Shown: positions 8,542 to 18,586, counted from the stretch's first letter. The stretch is DNA of 64,000 nt from Acidimicrobiia bacterium (GCA_020637365.1 JACJWE010000002.1:464776-528775), one strand, 5' to 3'. Notes: generated from the sequence alone by a model not told the origin. Numbers and translations are program-made.

Positions 8542-10113
8542 TCAGGGCCGCTGCACAACCTCCAGGTTCAGCGGCTCGCCGGTGTTGGCAGACATCACGG
8601 TGTGTTGGGGTTGCCCGGCACGAACCAGCGCAGGCTCGCTCTGGGCTGAACTGACTAGGGCTGAACTCTTTTGGGATGAACTCATCGGGGCAGAACTGTT
8701 TTGGCGGGTGGTCTCGGTGATCGGCCAGCTCGCCGCAGCGAGAGCCGTCTCGGTTGTCGGCCACTCCCCGCCCGTGGACTGCGCACGCCTGGGGAGCGGC
8801 ACATCTGCATAGCGCCGAGAGGACAAAGCGATCGCCATCGCCATCTGAAACCACACGTACCGCGTCCAAAAGATGTTCGATGTCGTCGCGATCAGGAAGT
8901 AGCCGATGCATCCAACCGAATAGCCCAGCGAGAGCAAGGCGCGCCTATCCCAGGGTTGGCTGGCATCTGGATGCAGCACCTTGGGTGCGATCGCAGGTCT
9001 GGCGGCCGCCACCATCACCAACAAGAAGCTGGCAAGCGCGAGCAGCCCTGCAGATGCCCAGATCTGCAGGTACACGTTGTGGACGATTTCGGCCTCGTCG
9101 AAGCCGCCGCCGAACAGGGGGTTGCGGTCGATTTTTTCAACCGCCCACTCATGCGCCTCGGCCCGCACATCGTCTGCGATCTCAACGCTCGCATTGCCGC
9201 CGCCGAAAAGCCGGGCGAGGGCGTTGTATTCGGGTAGTTGGACGATGCCGGTGACGAGCACCGCGAAACTGACGACGATCGCGAGCCAACCCCACAGCAG
9301 AAAGATCGACCGCCGGGTCCGAAGCACGAAGATTCCGGCCGCCAGGACCATGCCGAGGAGCGAGGCGCGAGAACCGCTTTCGATCACCCCATACGCGGTG
9401 ATCGCCAAACACCCAAACGCTACGTACCTGAGGAAGCCCTTCTCCGACAGGTACAACGCCAGGGCGACGCCAACGCCGAAAACAGCGGTCAGACCAAAGT
9501 GGTTCTCATGCGTCGTCAACCCCAAGACCCGACCGAACGGCGTCTTGAAATGGACGAAGCCAAGGACGCATGAGATGACCAGGCCGGCCATCCACGCCCA
9601 GGTCATCAGGCGTGCAAGCGGGGTTGTCAACCGGATGGTTCCGATGGCCCACGGCAACAATACGGTGGCGACGAACACACGAAAAGCGCCAAAGAGGGCA
9701 AGGGTCACATCAGCCGCAGTGAACGATGAGGCGACTCCACATGCTGAAATAAGCGCGCCGCCGATCATCAGCGGCTTCATTTCGGGAACGACCGTGTCTT
9801 TAGTGCGCACAGTCATCAAAAACACCAGCGCAATCAGCGGCAGCATGATGACGTCGCTCAGCGCGGTGGTTTGCGACACCCGAACACCCGACATCGGGAT
9901 CGTGAAAGCAAAGATTGAGAGTAGGGCGATGAAAAGCCCTTGCGAACCCTCAAGTCTAAAACTCGCCGCTAGAGCAAGAAGGCCGAGCGCTACCCCGGCC
10001 ACGATGAGCAGCGGCTTGCGATCGACGACGTAATACCCGGCCGTTGCGGCCACAACCCCGCACAGAACGTATGCGGGTACCCAGTATCGAGATGCGGAAG
10101 TGTGTTCCGACAT
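8542..10113 (-). CDS. O-antigen ligase / Wzy-type polymerase-like integral membrane protein
   Basis: 523-aa polytopic membrane ORF with roughly 10-12 hydrophobic spans. A large loop carries SGSRASLLGMVLA, typical of the Wzy_C family. The Ser-rich soluble tail is encoded by a 15-nt tandem repeat. Confidence 0.65.
   Translation of the reverse strand: MSEHTSASRYWVPAYVLCGVVAATAGYYVVDRKPLLIVAGVALGLLALAASFRLEGSQGLFIALLSIFAFTIPMSGVRVSQTTALSDVIMLPLIALVFLMTVRTKDTVVPEMKPLMIGGALISACGVASSFTAADVTLALFGAFRVFVATVLLPWAIGTIRLTTPLARLMTWAWMAGLVISCVLGFVHFKTPFGRVLGLTTHENHFGLTAVFGVGVALALYLSEKGFLRYVAFGCLAITAYGVIESGSRASLLGMVLAAGIFVLRTRRSIFLLWGWLAIVVSFAVLVTGIVQLPEYNALARLFGGGNASVEIADDVRAEAHEWAVEKIDRNPLFGGGFDEAEIVHNVYLQIWASAGLLALASFLLVMVAAARPAIAPKVLHPDASQPWDRRALLSLGYSVGCIGYFLIATTSNIFWTRYVWFQMAMAIALSSRRYADVPLPRRAQSTGGEWPTTETALAAASWPITETTRQNSSAPMSSSQKSSALVSSAQSEPALVRAGQPQHTVMSANTGEPLNLEVVQRP
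8643..8702. repeat. 4 x 15-nt imperfect tandem repeat (gggctgaactgacta / gggctgaactctttt / gggatgaactcatcg / gggcagaactgtttt)
   Basis: Read directly from the sequence. It encodes the pentapeptide periodicity NSSAP-MSSSQ-KSSAL-VSSAQ in the C-terminal tail of the Wzy-like protein. Confidence 0.85.
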
Positions 10114-10211
10114 AGTGACCTATCAATGCCTACTCACCGCCGGAACCACGAGCCGGATGTGAGCATTGTTTTGGCGCGTTGGGGGTCGTCGGGGGTAATG
10201 AGGAGTATTGC

Positions 10212-11555
10212 CTACAACGGCTTTTCAGCGGATTCGTAGCCCGTTGCTTGGGCTTCCCTTGAATACGATTTAATCGGCATTTCGGATAACTCCGCATCAG
10301 AGTCAGCGAGGTCCCCGGGTTCCGATTCGATGCGCTGCAAGCGATTGAGGCCAAATCCGAGCGAAACCACCGCGCTGGCGAACAGCCCGATACCTGCACC
10401 GACGGTGCCGAATCTCTGACCGAAGATCAGCATCGCGGGGATCAGCACGATCAGGGCCACGACCTCGACGGTGGAGGCAAGCCCCGGTTTGCCCATCCCC
10501 CCAGCGGCCTCGACGAGGGTTCGTCGAGCTCCGAATACGGCGCCTGCGACGATCAGCCATTGCGTGACCGAGATCGCAGCGCGGAACTCTTCGCCGAAGG
10601 CGAGCGGCAGAATCCAGGGCGTCACAGCACAGAGCCCCGCCGCAGCGAACCCGCATACCAACGCCGACCACAGGACATATCGACGCGCCGCTGATGACGC
10701 CACCGCCGTCCCCCGCTTTTGAGCCTCGGCCACCTGGGGCAGTGCCAGCAGACCCACCCCCATCCCCAGAAACCTCGGCATGTTCGAGAAGGCGAGACCG
10801 ACCGAGTAGTAGCCCAACTGAACATGTGTCAACACCAACCCGGCGATGCCCTGATCGATGCGGAACTGCTCGACCGGCGACGATGTGCCGAGCAGACCTT
10901 TGCGACCATAGGTGGCGATATCCCCAAACCCGATGGCCTTGCCCCCGAGGCGTGGAGGCACATTGCGAACGAATGCGCCAGCGGCCAGACCGCCGAGAGT
11001 GAAACCGAGCACCCAAGCGATCACCGCGCCGCTCAACGTGTCGACTCCCAACAGGAAGGACGTAGCGATCCCCAACGCATAGATGATCACCGGCAACGTG
11101 ATCAGCACGTTGTGGGCGAAGTACTGCTGACGTCCGAGCAAGACGGCCAGGGAGTGCTGAAGCATCACGTGAAACGGGATCGAGGCCGACGCAATGACCG
11201 CCGAACCGATGACCATGGCGGAGTTTTCGCGGAGCAGGGCCATAGCGAACACGAGTGAGACGAACGGCAGCCCTGCGGCGAGCATGGCCTCACGTCGCGC
11301 AACCCGCGCTCTGATTGAGGCCTCATCAAAGCCGGTCGCGAGGTGATACGTCATCGACCGCGGCAGACCCAATACACCCAGTTGGCTGAGCACCGAAGGA
11401 ACCAGAATCACGAGCGCGTAGCGGCCCCGGTCTGCGGGTCCGAGCATCCGGGCGATGAGGGGTCCCGTCACGACGAGCGCTGCCTGAATGATCAGGATGG
11501 TCAACACCGCGCCGGACGCGCTCTTCTTCGAAGGTTGGGAAAGATCTTGCGGCAT
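10212..11555 (-). CDS. Polysaccharide flippase (Wzx / MOP superfamily)
   Basis: 447-aa ORF with about 12-14 predicted TM spans and a cytoplasmic acidic tail. Its position at the head of the glycosyltransferase operon fits this call. Confidence 0.7.
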   Translation of the reverse strand: MPQDLSQPSKKSASGAVLTILIIQAALVVTGPLIARMLGPADRGRYALVILVPSVLSQLGVLGLPRSMTYHLATGFDEASIRARVARREAMLAAGLPFVSLVFAMALLRENSAMVIGSAVIASASIPFHVMLQHSLAVLLGRQQYFAHNVLITLPVIIYALGIATSFLLGVDTLSGAVIAWVLGFTLGGLAAGAFVRNVPPRLGGKAIGFGDIATYGRKGLLGTSSPVEQFRIDQGIAGLVLTHVQLGYYSVGLAFSNMPRFLGMGVGLLALPQVAEAQKRGTAVASSAARRYVLWSALVCGFAAAGLCAVTPWILPLAFGEEFRAAISVTQWLIVAGAVFGARRTLVEAAGGMGKPGLASTVEVVALIVLIPAMLIFGQRFGTVGAGIGLFASAVVSLGFGLNRLQRIESEPGDLADSDAELSEMPIKSYSREAQATGYESAEKPL

Positions 11556-11772
11556 CCACGCCCACGATCAGCGTGCGCCCTGGCCTTCGCCGGAGCAGCG
11601 GGTTCGCGCCCGACCATTTCGGGCTGCGGTCCAACGTGGGGGATACCGGCGGTTCGCCGTTGCCAGGGACGTTAACCCAGCTCCCAAAGCTCACCTGCTG
11701 TCGAGGAACCCGCCGGTAACGCGGACGTTAACAACCCGCCGAACAACGCTGCCGAGCCCTGCCTTCGTGACG

Positions 11773-14031
11773 CTAACCCCCCTGGTAATACAGGGCGCCG
11801 CTCGGGGGACCGTTCAGCGCCTTCGAAATCACGGCGAATACCGCCAAGAACGGCCAGACGATCGTGGGTATCGCGAGCTTTTCCTGCCAGGTCATCGGCG
11901 CGTCGATCGCCGTGACCGACGGATTGACTGCGGTGAGCCACTCGCCTCTCATCTGGGTAGAAACAGGATGGAAAAATCCAACGTGCATCAACAACGCAAA
12001 GAGCCGATGATCGAGGGTTGGCTCCAACAATTCGGAGATTCCATCGCCTTGTGAATTGGGCGACTGATACACGTTGCGATCGGGGAAGCCGGTTCCCTGA
12101 GCAACATCGGGAATCGAACGGAAGATTCGCCCGGTCTGGGTCATGCCCGCGATTCTGGCGAGTCGTTCACTGCTGGCGTTGTAGACCACCGCGTCATCCA
12201 GCGCGTACTGCATCGACACCTTACGGCTGCCCAGTCGTGGGTCGGTGCCCCGATAGATCTGAGCAAAGTTCACCGGATCACCCAGGTCGATGAGCTGTTG
12301 TAGGCCCGCGTAGAGGACCGCTGCTTCGCCGCCGGTCGCACTCTTCGGCGAGGCATCCTGGAGGTGAAGCTCGTCAAAGAAGGTCGACGCAGAGATCAGA
12401 TCCAAAATGCCAGCGCCGGTCACTTCGAGGTGCGACGCCCTCAGATCCGGTTCAAGCGCTATAAAGGTCGCTCCGAGGATGCCGCCCATCGAAGTACCCG
12501 AATAGACGAGATCGTCGACATTGAGGTCGGGGACTCCGTCAGGCCCCCCGCCCGCACCGTAGAGGTCGAGCCCTCGAAAGCTTGTCTGCAAGGCGCTGAC
12601 CAGGGAAATGTGATCGATCGGCGACTGCTGGACCATGCCGGCCATACCGCTGATCGTCGCTGGCGAGGCGAGATCGGTGATGAACCCTTCAGCCGGAATG
12701 CGCGAACCGTGGTTGGGTTGGTCGATCGAAATCGTGGCAAATCCATGATCGGCCGCCTCTTCAGCCCAGAACAACATCGAATGGTTCGATGTCGTAATGC
12801 CGTGGCCATAGATCAGCACCGAAGCCGGGTTTGAACGGTCGACGGTCGGAAGCGTCATCAAAAACTTGACCCACAACGGTCGGGGCTCGACGACCTGACG
12901 GTCGAAGACCCGATCGGGGTTGCGAAAGTCATAGGTCAAGATCTCACCGGTGATCAACGCCCCGATCGGACCTTCCGGGAATGTTGCCTTGACCTCGAGA
13001 TTGCGGGTCGGATGCGGCAGCGACCGCACCAGATCGGCCCGCGCGATCATCGGGTCGACCACCTCGGATTCGGCGCGCACCCTGACATCGGTCATCGTCA
13101 ACACCGACGCCGGGTCCACACCGGTCGCGGCGATCTCAGCCAGGAGGTCCCGGGCGTATTGCGCACCGAAGGCATTCGGATCGCCTTGAAGAGCGGCTGA
13201 CATCCCCGCCGAACGGGTGTACAGCGAGCCGTCGAGGCGTCGCAACGACGTCGTCGTATAGGCCACATAGCGTCGGCCAAACTCGAAACGATCCCGTGGA
13301 ACGATCTCGACGATCCACGAGTTGGCATCTTGGCCTGCAGAAACACGATTTCTGCGGACCATGATCGGCACCCGTTGGCCCGTTTCGGCATCGAAGATGA
13401 CCACCGTGTCCCCACCGGTTGCCGGGAGGGTCGAGGGATCCCACGGCGCTGGCAGTTCAAAGAGGACCGGCCCCGTGGTGGGGAAACCGCTCATACCCGT
13501 CAAAACGTTCGCTGGATGTACCGACTGTGGTAGTTCGGCCAGCACCTCGGAGCGCAGTGTCGAGTCGGGGATGACGACGGTGAAACCGGTTGGCGATTCC
13601 TGATTGGGCAGTCCTGCAAGTGACGTCGGGTAGGGCATTGCACACGTTGAGTATCCAAGCGGATTACACAGTGGCGGCGCGTCGGGAGCGAGGACCTGTT
13701 GAAGCAACGGATTTGTTGCCAGCTCTGGCGGAAGGAGGCTTTCGGCACCAGCCAACCGGGCCCCTTCGATCGAAACCGGCCCGTTGTCGTCCGGTGTCGT
13801 TGCGTCGATAGCCGCCCCTGTGGACGATTCCGGCGAGCCCAGATCGCGCTGCGATGTGACCGCTCCGAGCAGCGCCAGCACCCCGGCCATGACGAAGATG
13901 GCGGTTCCGAGGCCGATCGCTCGTCGTGCCGCTGAGGGTACGTATCGACCGTGAGGCGACCTTGCTGGCCGCGCATCCCGGGCCTCAAACGAGCGAGGAT
14001 GTCCCATGACAGAGCGGTTTCTTGACGACAT
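11773..14031 (-). CDS. Large secreted/membrane-anchored alpha/beta hydrolase (lipase/esterase-like)
   Basis: 752 aa. N-terminal TM is AIGLGTAIFVMAGVLALLGAV. Hydrolase core reads VLIYGHGITTSNHSMLFWAEE...SIDQPNHGSR, with nucleophile elbow YSGTSMGGILGATF. The C-terminus is hydrophobic (IPTIVWPFLAVFAVI). Confidence 0.6.
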   Translation of the reverse strand: MSSRNRSVMGHPRSFEARDARPARSPHGRYVPSAARRAIGLGTAIFVMAGVLALLGAVTSQRDLGSPESSTGAAIDATTPDDNGPVSIEGARLAGAESLLPPELATNPLLQQVLAPDAPPLCNPLGYSTCAMPYPTSLAGLPNQESPTGFTVVIPDSTLRSEVLAELPQSVHPANVLTGMSGFPTTGPVLFELPAPWDPSTLPATGGDTVVIFDAETGQRVPIMVRRNRVSAGQDANSWIVEIVPRDRFEFGRRYVAYTTTSLRRLDGSLYTRSAGMSAALQGDPNAFGAQYARDLLAEIAATGVDPASVLTMTDVRVRAESEVVDPMIARADLVRSLPHPTRNLEVKATFPEGPIGALITGEILTYDFRNPDRVFDRQVVEPRPLWVKFLMTLPTVDRSNPASVLIYGHGITTSNHSMLFWAEEAADHGFATISIDQPNHGSRIPAEGFITDLASPATISGMAGMVQQSPIDHISLVSALQTSFRGLDLYGAGGGPDGVPDLNVDDLVYSGTSMGGILGATFIALEPDLRASHLEVTGAGILDLISASTFFDELHLQDASPKSATGGEAAVLYAGLQQLIDLGDPVNFAQIYRGTDPRLGSRKVSMQYALDDAVVYNASSERLARIAGMTQTGRIFRSIPDVAQGTGFPDRNVYQSPNSQGDGISELLEPTLDHRLFALLMHVGFFHPVSTQMRGEWLTAVNPSVTAIDAPMTWQEKLAIPTIVWPFLAVFAVISKALNGPPSGALYYQGG

Positions 14032-14429
14032 CGGCGAGCCTCCCCAGCGCAGATGTGAGAGCCCCGATGTTGCTCAGCGACGGCGCCCCGGCGTTCCCGC
14101 GCGATGGCGGTCGTTCGTGGCGGTCACACTACCGCCTCCCAGTTGGGGCGTAATACGAATCCGCGCGACTTCAGGTGGGTCAGGGTGCAACGGCTGAGCG
14201 GGTTGGGGGTACTGGTCCGCGCCGTTGGGAATCGGGCAGTATGGGACATGGCGAGCCGCTCGCGTGACAGGTCCACGACACCCCCGCTTTGGAGCGATAT
14301 GCAAACGGCTACGCACCGTGTAGGCGCTGACGTTCAGGTCATCCCGCCCGGCAGAACCCATGTTGCGTGTTTGGGAGCCGCGAGGTTCGCGTCGGGCGTC
14401 ACCACCGACAACGAACGTGGCAAGGCGTC

Positions 14430-15443
14430 ATGAAGACCGCTCTGCGACGTTTCATCTCGGTTCCGACGGTCGTCGTACTCGCCGTGTTGCTGACCGTTTC
14501 GGCACCGCTCTGGCTGGTCGCGAGCCTGCTGGTCGACGGGTATCGGGCCGGCCGCGGCAAACCTGGTGCTGTCTGGCGATTGTGGCTGTGCGCGCTGGTC
14601 TACGCGTGGACGTCGGTGTTCGGACTGATCTGGTTGGGCGCGAGCTGGGTGATCAGCCTCGGCGGTCTGCGGTCGAGGTATCTCGTAGAAAGCGCGTACC
14701 GCGCCCAGTCATGGTGGGCACACACCCTGTACCGGGGTCTCCTCAAGGCCTTCAACCTCCGGGTTGTCATCGAAGGGGCTGACCACATCACGCCCGGTCC
14801 GGTTGTGGTCTTGATCCGGCATGTTTCGATACTCGACACCCTGCTCCCCCTCAACATCGTCACCAGTCAGCACGGTGTTCGTCTGCGATATGTGCTCAAA
14901 GATGAGCTGCGTTTCGACCCCGCGCTCGACATCTGTGGTTCTCGTCTGCCGAACTATTTCGTCGACCGCGACACGACGAACTCGGCCACAGAGATCGAAG
15001 GGATCGTCGGCCTCGCCAAGGGCCTCGACGATCATTCGGGCGTCATCATCTATCCAGAAGGACGGTTGGCCACCCCCGCCGCACGCAAACGAGCGGCCGA
15101 ACGCGCATTGGCTCGAGCCCCAGAGCTCGCCAGCCTCATAGACGGCTTCCACAACGTGATCGCCCCTCGACCGGCCGGAACCCTTGCACTCCTCGACGCC
15201 ACAGACTGCGACGTGCTGGTCATGGGTCACATCGGGTTCGACCGGATGGTCGGCGTCAGATCGTTGTTCGACGCGGCCCTCCCAGGCTCTACGGTCAAAG
15301 TCTCGTTTTCACGAGTACCAAGGTCTCAGATCCCTTCACCTGCGACAACACGTTGGCTCTACCAAGTTTGGGCAGATCTCGACACGTGGGTAGATCGTGC
15401 CAAACTCTCTCTCAGCGATCCAGGTACCCCGCCGACCGTTTGA
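14430..15443 (+). CDS. Lysophospholipid (1-acyl-sn-glycerol-3-phosphate) acyltransferase family protein
   Basis: HX4D motif (IRHVSILDT) and IYPEGRLATP motif, with N-terminal TM segments. Start set at ATG 14430 (MKTALRRF...); the ORF track start is 14367. Confidence 0.7.
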   Translation: MKTALRRFISVPTVVVLAVLLTVSAPLWLVASLLVDGYRAGRGKPGAVWRLWLCALVYAWTSVFGLIWLGASWVISLGGLRSRYLVESAYRAQSWWAHTLYRGLLKAFNLRVVIEGADHITPGPVVVLIRHVSILDTLLPLNIVTSQHGVRLRYVLKDELRFDPALDICGSRLPNYFVDRDTTNSATEIEGIVGLAKGLDDHSGVIIYPEGRLATPAARKRAAERALARAPELASLIDGFHNVIAPRPAGTLALLDATDCDVLVMGHIGFDRMVGVRSLFDAALPGSTVKVSFSRVPRSQIPSPATTRWLYQVWADLDTWVDRAKLSLSDPGTPPTV

Positions 15444-15483
15444 CGCTGAAAGGAACGAGCAGAGACCCCGCTCATCCCCCAAT

Positions 15484-17166
15484 ATGGACATCGATACCCC
15501 AACATCGCACTCCGACGTGGCTTTGCCGCGTCCCCAAGTCGGGGCGGCACCAGGCCCATCGCTGTCGTCGGTCACGAAAGCGCCGGTGGTCGTCTGGTTC
15601 AGGCGTGATCTCAGGCTCGACTTCAATCCGGCCATCGCCGCGGCCGAAGCGACCAGGTCGCCGATGGTCGCCGTGTACGTGGTCGATCCTGTGCTGTGGA
15701 ACGCCGCCAGCGAAGAGCGCCGCGATGACCTCATGTTTGTGCTTGCCCAACTCGACTCAGCACTGCTGCGGGCTGGCAGCAGACTCATGATTCGCCGAGG
15801 TGATCCGGTTGTCGTGATCCCCGGTATCGTCGATCGCTTGGGAGCACAGTCGATCTTTTGGAACGACGATGTGAGCCCATATGCACGCCGCCGAGATGAA
15901 CGGGTGAGGCAGGCCCTGAGCGGCTCAGTCCATGTCACCGACGGCAACTGGGTCTGCCCGCCGGGTTCGGTCCGTCGAGCGAACGGTCTGCCCTACCAGG
16001 TCTTTACTCCCTTCTACCGGCGTTGGCGCGAGCACCTCGACCGCTACTCCCAACACGGTTTCTCTCGACGGGCGGGCGACGAACCAGCGAATGCGACACG
16101 GCTCTGGGTGCCCGCTCGGTCGATAGAACAAGCGATCTCCGGCCACGGACACGACCCAGACGTGAACGCCAGCGACCGGAGCGCAGCGGACGACGCAGCG
16201 CGTTCAGAGGCGCAGCACAGCGACGATGTTGGCCACCCAGGCGATACTCGACCGGGGACGTCACACAACTCTTTGAGTTCGACGGCAGGAGGCCCGCGAC
16301 GGCTAGGGGATCCGGTCGAACTGGGTGTGATCGCACCGGGTGCACGTCAGTGGTGGTTGCGGCCTGGCACCGTACTGGCCGCGTGGCAGGCCGAAGTCGA
16401 AGTTCGCGGCGGTCTGAGCGATTCGTTCGCGGACTCCCTCGACCGAGGCGCACACCTGTCACCCGCGTTGAAGTGGGGTGTGGTCAGTGCCGAGCGGCTC
16501 GCGGTCACCTACTCCGCGGAGGCAGGGGCCCAATCACTCATCCGACAGCTGGCATGGCGAGACTTCTTTGCCGACATCATGTTTCACCATCCCGAGACGA
16601 CCGATATCGAGTTCAAAGCGGCGTATCGATCGGGCATTTGGCACCGCGACGGCGATCTGTTCACCGTATGGAAGACGGGGATGACCGGGTATCCGCTCAT
16701 CGACGCAGCGATGCGCGAGCTTGCCGAAACCGGTTGGATGCACAATCGGCTGAGGATGGTCACCGCATCCTTCCTCGTCAAACACCTGTTGATCGACTGG
16801 CGGCTCGGTGAACGCTATTTCCGCTCCCAGCTCAACGATGGCGACGTCGCTCAGAATGTCGGCAACTGGCAGTGGGTCGCTGGCTGCGGCGTCGACGCAG
16901 CACCGTACTTTCGGATCTTCCAGCCCGTGCGACAAGCGCGACGCTTCGATCCCGAAGCTCACTACGTTCGCCGATGGATCCCAGAACTTGCCAAACTCGA
17001 CCCACAATGGTGCTTCGAGCCGTGGAAACGGCCCGACTATGGCACGTTCGACGATCCGGCGCTGGGCTACCCCTCGCCGATCATCGACCTCGCCGTCGGA
17101 CGCGAGCGGGCGCTGCAGGCATATAGCGAAGCGCTCGGGCAGGCTTCATCGCCAGCACCTGAGTAG
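15484..17166 (+). CDS. phr: Deoxyribodipyrimidine photolyase / cryptochrome family
   Basis: N-terminus VVWFRRDLRLDFNPAI. C-terminal FAD domain reads TGYPLIDAAMRELAETGWMHNRLRMVTASFLVKHLLIDWRLGERYF...DGDVAQNVGNWQWVAGCGVDAAPYFRIFQP. Start chosen at ATG 15484 to avoid overlapping the upstream gene. Confidence 0.9.
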   Translation: MDIDTPTSHSDVALPRPQVGAAPGPSLSSVTKAPVVVWFRRDLRLDFNPAIAAAEATRSPMVAVYVVDPVLWNAASEERRDDLMFVLAQLDSALLRAGSRLMIRRGDPVVVIPGIVDRLGAQSIFWNDDVSPYARRRDERVRQALSGSVHVTDGNWVCPPGSVRRANGLPYQVFTPFYRRWREHLDRYSQHGFSRRAGDEPANATRLWVPARSIEQAISGHGHDPDVNASDRSAADDAARSEAQHSDDVGHPGDTRPGTSHNSLSSTAGGPRRLGDPVELGVIAPGARQWWLRPGTVLAAWQAEVEVRGGLSDSFADSLDRGAHLSPALKWGVVSAERLAVTYSAEAGAQSLIRQLAWRDFFADIMFHHPETTDIEFKAAYRSGIWHRDGDLFTVWKTGMTGYPLIDAAMRELAETGWMHNRLRMVTASFLVKHLLIDWRLGERYFRSQLNDGDVAQNVGNWQWVAGCGVDAAPYFRIFQPVRQARRFDPEAHYVRRWIPELAKLDPQWCFEPWKRPDYGTFDDPALGYPSPIIDLAVGRERALQAYSEALGQASSPAPE

Positions 17167-17212
17167 CCGCTCTCCCGACCGACCAAGCGACTTGTCTTCA
17201 TGCCGAGCGCAA

Positions 17213-18058
17213 CTATTGGAGCGCGAAGGCACGCACCGCGTCGTTGGAAAATGTGTCCTGATCGGAGACTTCCAGCACGAGCGCATCGATTTCGGGTTCG
17301 CCGACCGCAAAGCAGACCTGGACCGGTGCGGTTTTACCCTGGGCAACCTCGACCGCCGCGAGGTCGCTGGTCAAGATGCCGCATCGGTGTTCAGCCGCCA
17401 GGTAGTCGGTCGCCCCCTGTCCGACAAGCTGCGCTTGCAGCAGCGATGTGATGCCTGACGCATCTTGGCCGACATACCCGACGTCCATGCTGATCAGCAC
17501 ATACTGAGTACCCGGGGGCGGTTCAACGTTCGCCCCGCTCTGTGCGACAACTGCCTGCGTCGCGTCGAAGTCGACGTTGGTGACCTTGAGGGTCCACTGA
17601 TCGCCGAGTTGTGCAGCTTCTCCGAACGGAACAAGACCGTCGATCTCTTGCTGGACAGAGCCGTCGATCTGGCTAGCGACGGTCTCACCGGCGAAGGAAT
17701 CTCCGACCGATAACGAACACGTGACGGTCAACTGCTGGACGATCGTCCGGTTCTTATCCGGTTCGATGGTCGCCAGATCGACGGTTTCACCCTTGTCGAC
17801 CTGGACCCGAGCGTCCTGCAAACCCGCTTTGACCGCATCGATATCGGACCGGATCGAGTCAGACTTCGGCCCAGCGAGAGCATCGAGAGACTCGATCCGC
17901 GCATCGATCGCGGCGGTCTCATCGCCACCGACTTGAAACGACAACTGCTCGACGTAGTCAGCCGCCGCGTCACAGTAGGGCAGCGCGGCCGAACCGTCAT
18001 CCGAGCCGCATCCCGCAAGCGCTAGCGCCACCACGCCAGCGAATGCAATCAAACGCAT
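17213..18058 (-). CDS. Lipoprotein, C-terminal Ig-like domain (possibly DUF4352-like)
   Basis: MRLIAFAGVVALALAGC|GSDD has a lipobox, and AGGAG lies upstream of ATG 18058. The C-terminal half GDQWTLKVTNVDF...PPGTQYVLISMDVGYVG resembles DUF4352-type domains (from memory). Confidence 0.6.
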   Translation of the reverse strand: MRLIAFAGVVALALAGCGSDDGSAALPYCDAAADYVEQLSFQVGGDETAAIDARIESLDALAGPKSDSIRSDIDAVKAGLQDARVQVDKGETVDLATIEPDKNRTIVQQLTVTCSLSVGDSFAGETVASQIDGSVQQEIDGLVPFGEAAQLGDQWTLKVTNVDFDATQAVVAQSGANVEPPPGTQYVLISMDVGYVGQDASGITSLLQAQLVGQGATDYLAAEHRCGILTSDLAAVEVAQGKTAPVQVCFAVGEPEIDALVLEVSDQDTFSNDAVRAFALQ

Positions 18059-18282
18059 TTCCCCGCTCCTGATTAAATACCGCCGCCCTTGTCGACACCG
18101 CTGTCGACAACCGATCGACAACTCTTCCATGCCGCTGGCGGCGGCCCGCACCCAACACAATCCGCAGCGATGAGGCTAGCCGTTGAGGCTGAACGGTCTC
18201 TATCGTGGCACCGCCAACCATTCACCCGTCCAGCGTTACAAGCCGACGACGGGGCGACTGCTAACCTGATCCAGCCCAATAG

Positions 18283-18355
18283 GCCCCCATCGTCTAGCGG
18301 TCTAGGACGCCGCCCTTTCAAGGCGGTAACACGGGTTCGAACCCCGTTGGGGGTG
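18283..18355 (+). tRNA. tRNA-Glu (anticodon TTC)
   Basis: Hand-folded cloverleaf: GCCCCCA acceptor, anticodon loop CTTTCAA, T arm ACGGG-TTCGAAC-CCCGT, 3' TGGGGGT plus discriminator G. G1:U72 as in actinobacterial tRNA-Glu. Confidence 0.9.
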
Positions 18356-18486
18356 CAATTGTTGCGGCAAACACGAGTGCGGGGTGCTACATTGCGCTGC
18401 GCACACGGCCGAAGCCGAGAGTCGCCATAAGCGACTAGCGGATTCGGCGCCGCAGCAACATAACCGGGTCTAACCCGGCAACATAA

Positions 18487-18561
18487 GGTCCTGTGGTGCA
18501 GCCTGGAGTGCACGCCGCCCTGTCAAGGCGGAGGTCGCGAGTTCAAATCTCGTCAGGACCG
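18487..18561 (+). tRNA. tRNA-Asp (anticodon GTC)
   Basis: Acceptor GGTCCTG/CAGGACC, anticodon loop CTGTCAA, T arm GCGAG-TTCAAAT-CTCGT. Confidence 0.9.
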
Positions 18562-18586
18562 CTTTTGGGGTTTCATCCCCGTTTCG

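Noticed and set aside
8643-8702. CRISPR-like array (also considered for 54535-54558)
   Set aside because: Repeat units are 15 nt and 6 nt, directly abutting with no spacers, and lie inside coding sequence. There are no cas genes in the window.
8981-10033. 350-aa plus-strand ORF
   Set aside because: Antisense to the polytopic Wzy-like gene. Ser/Thr/Arg-rich low-complexity translation with no motifs.
18356-18486. Possible fourth (degenerate) tRNA in the 131-nt Glu-Asp spacer
   Set aside because: No acceptor-stem complement could be found for any candidate 5' end. Only local hairpins are present.
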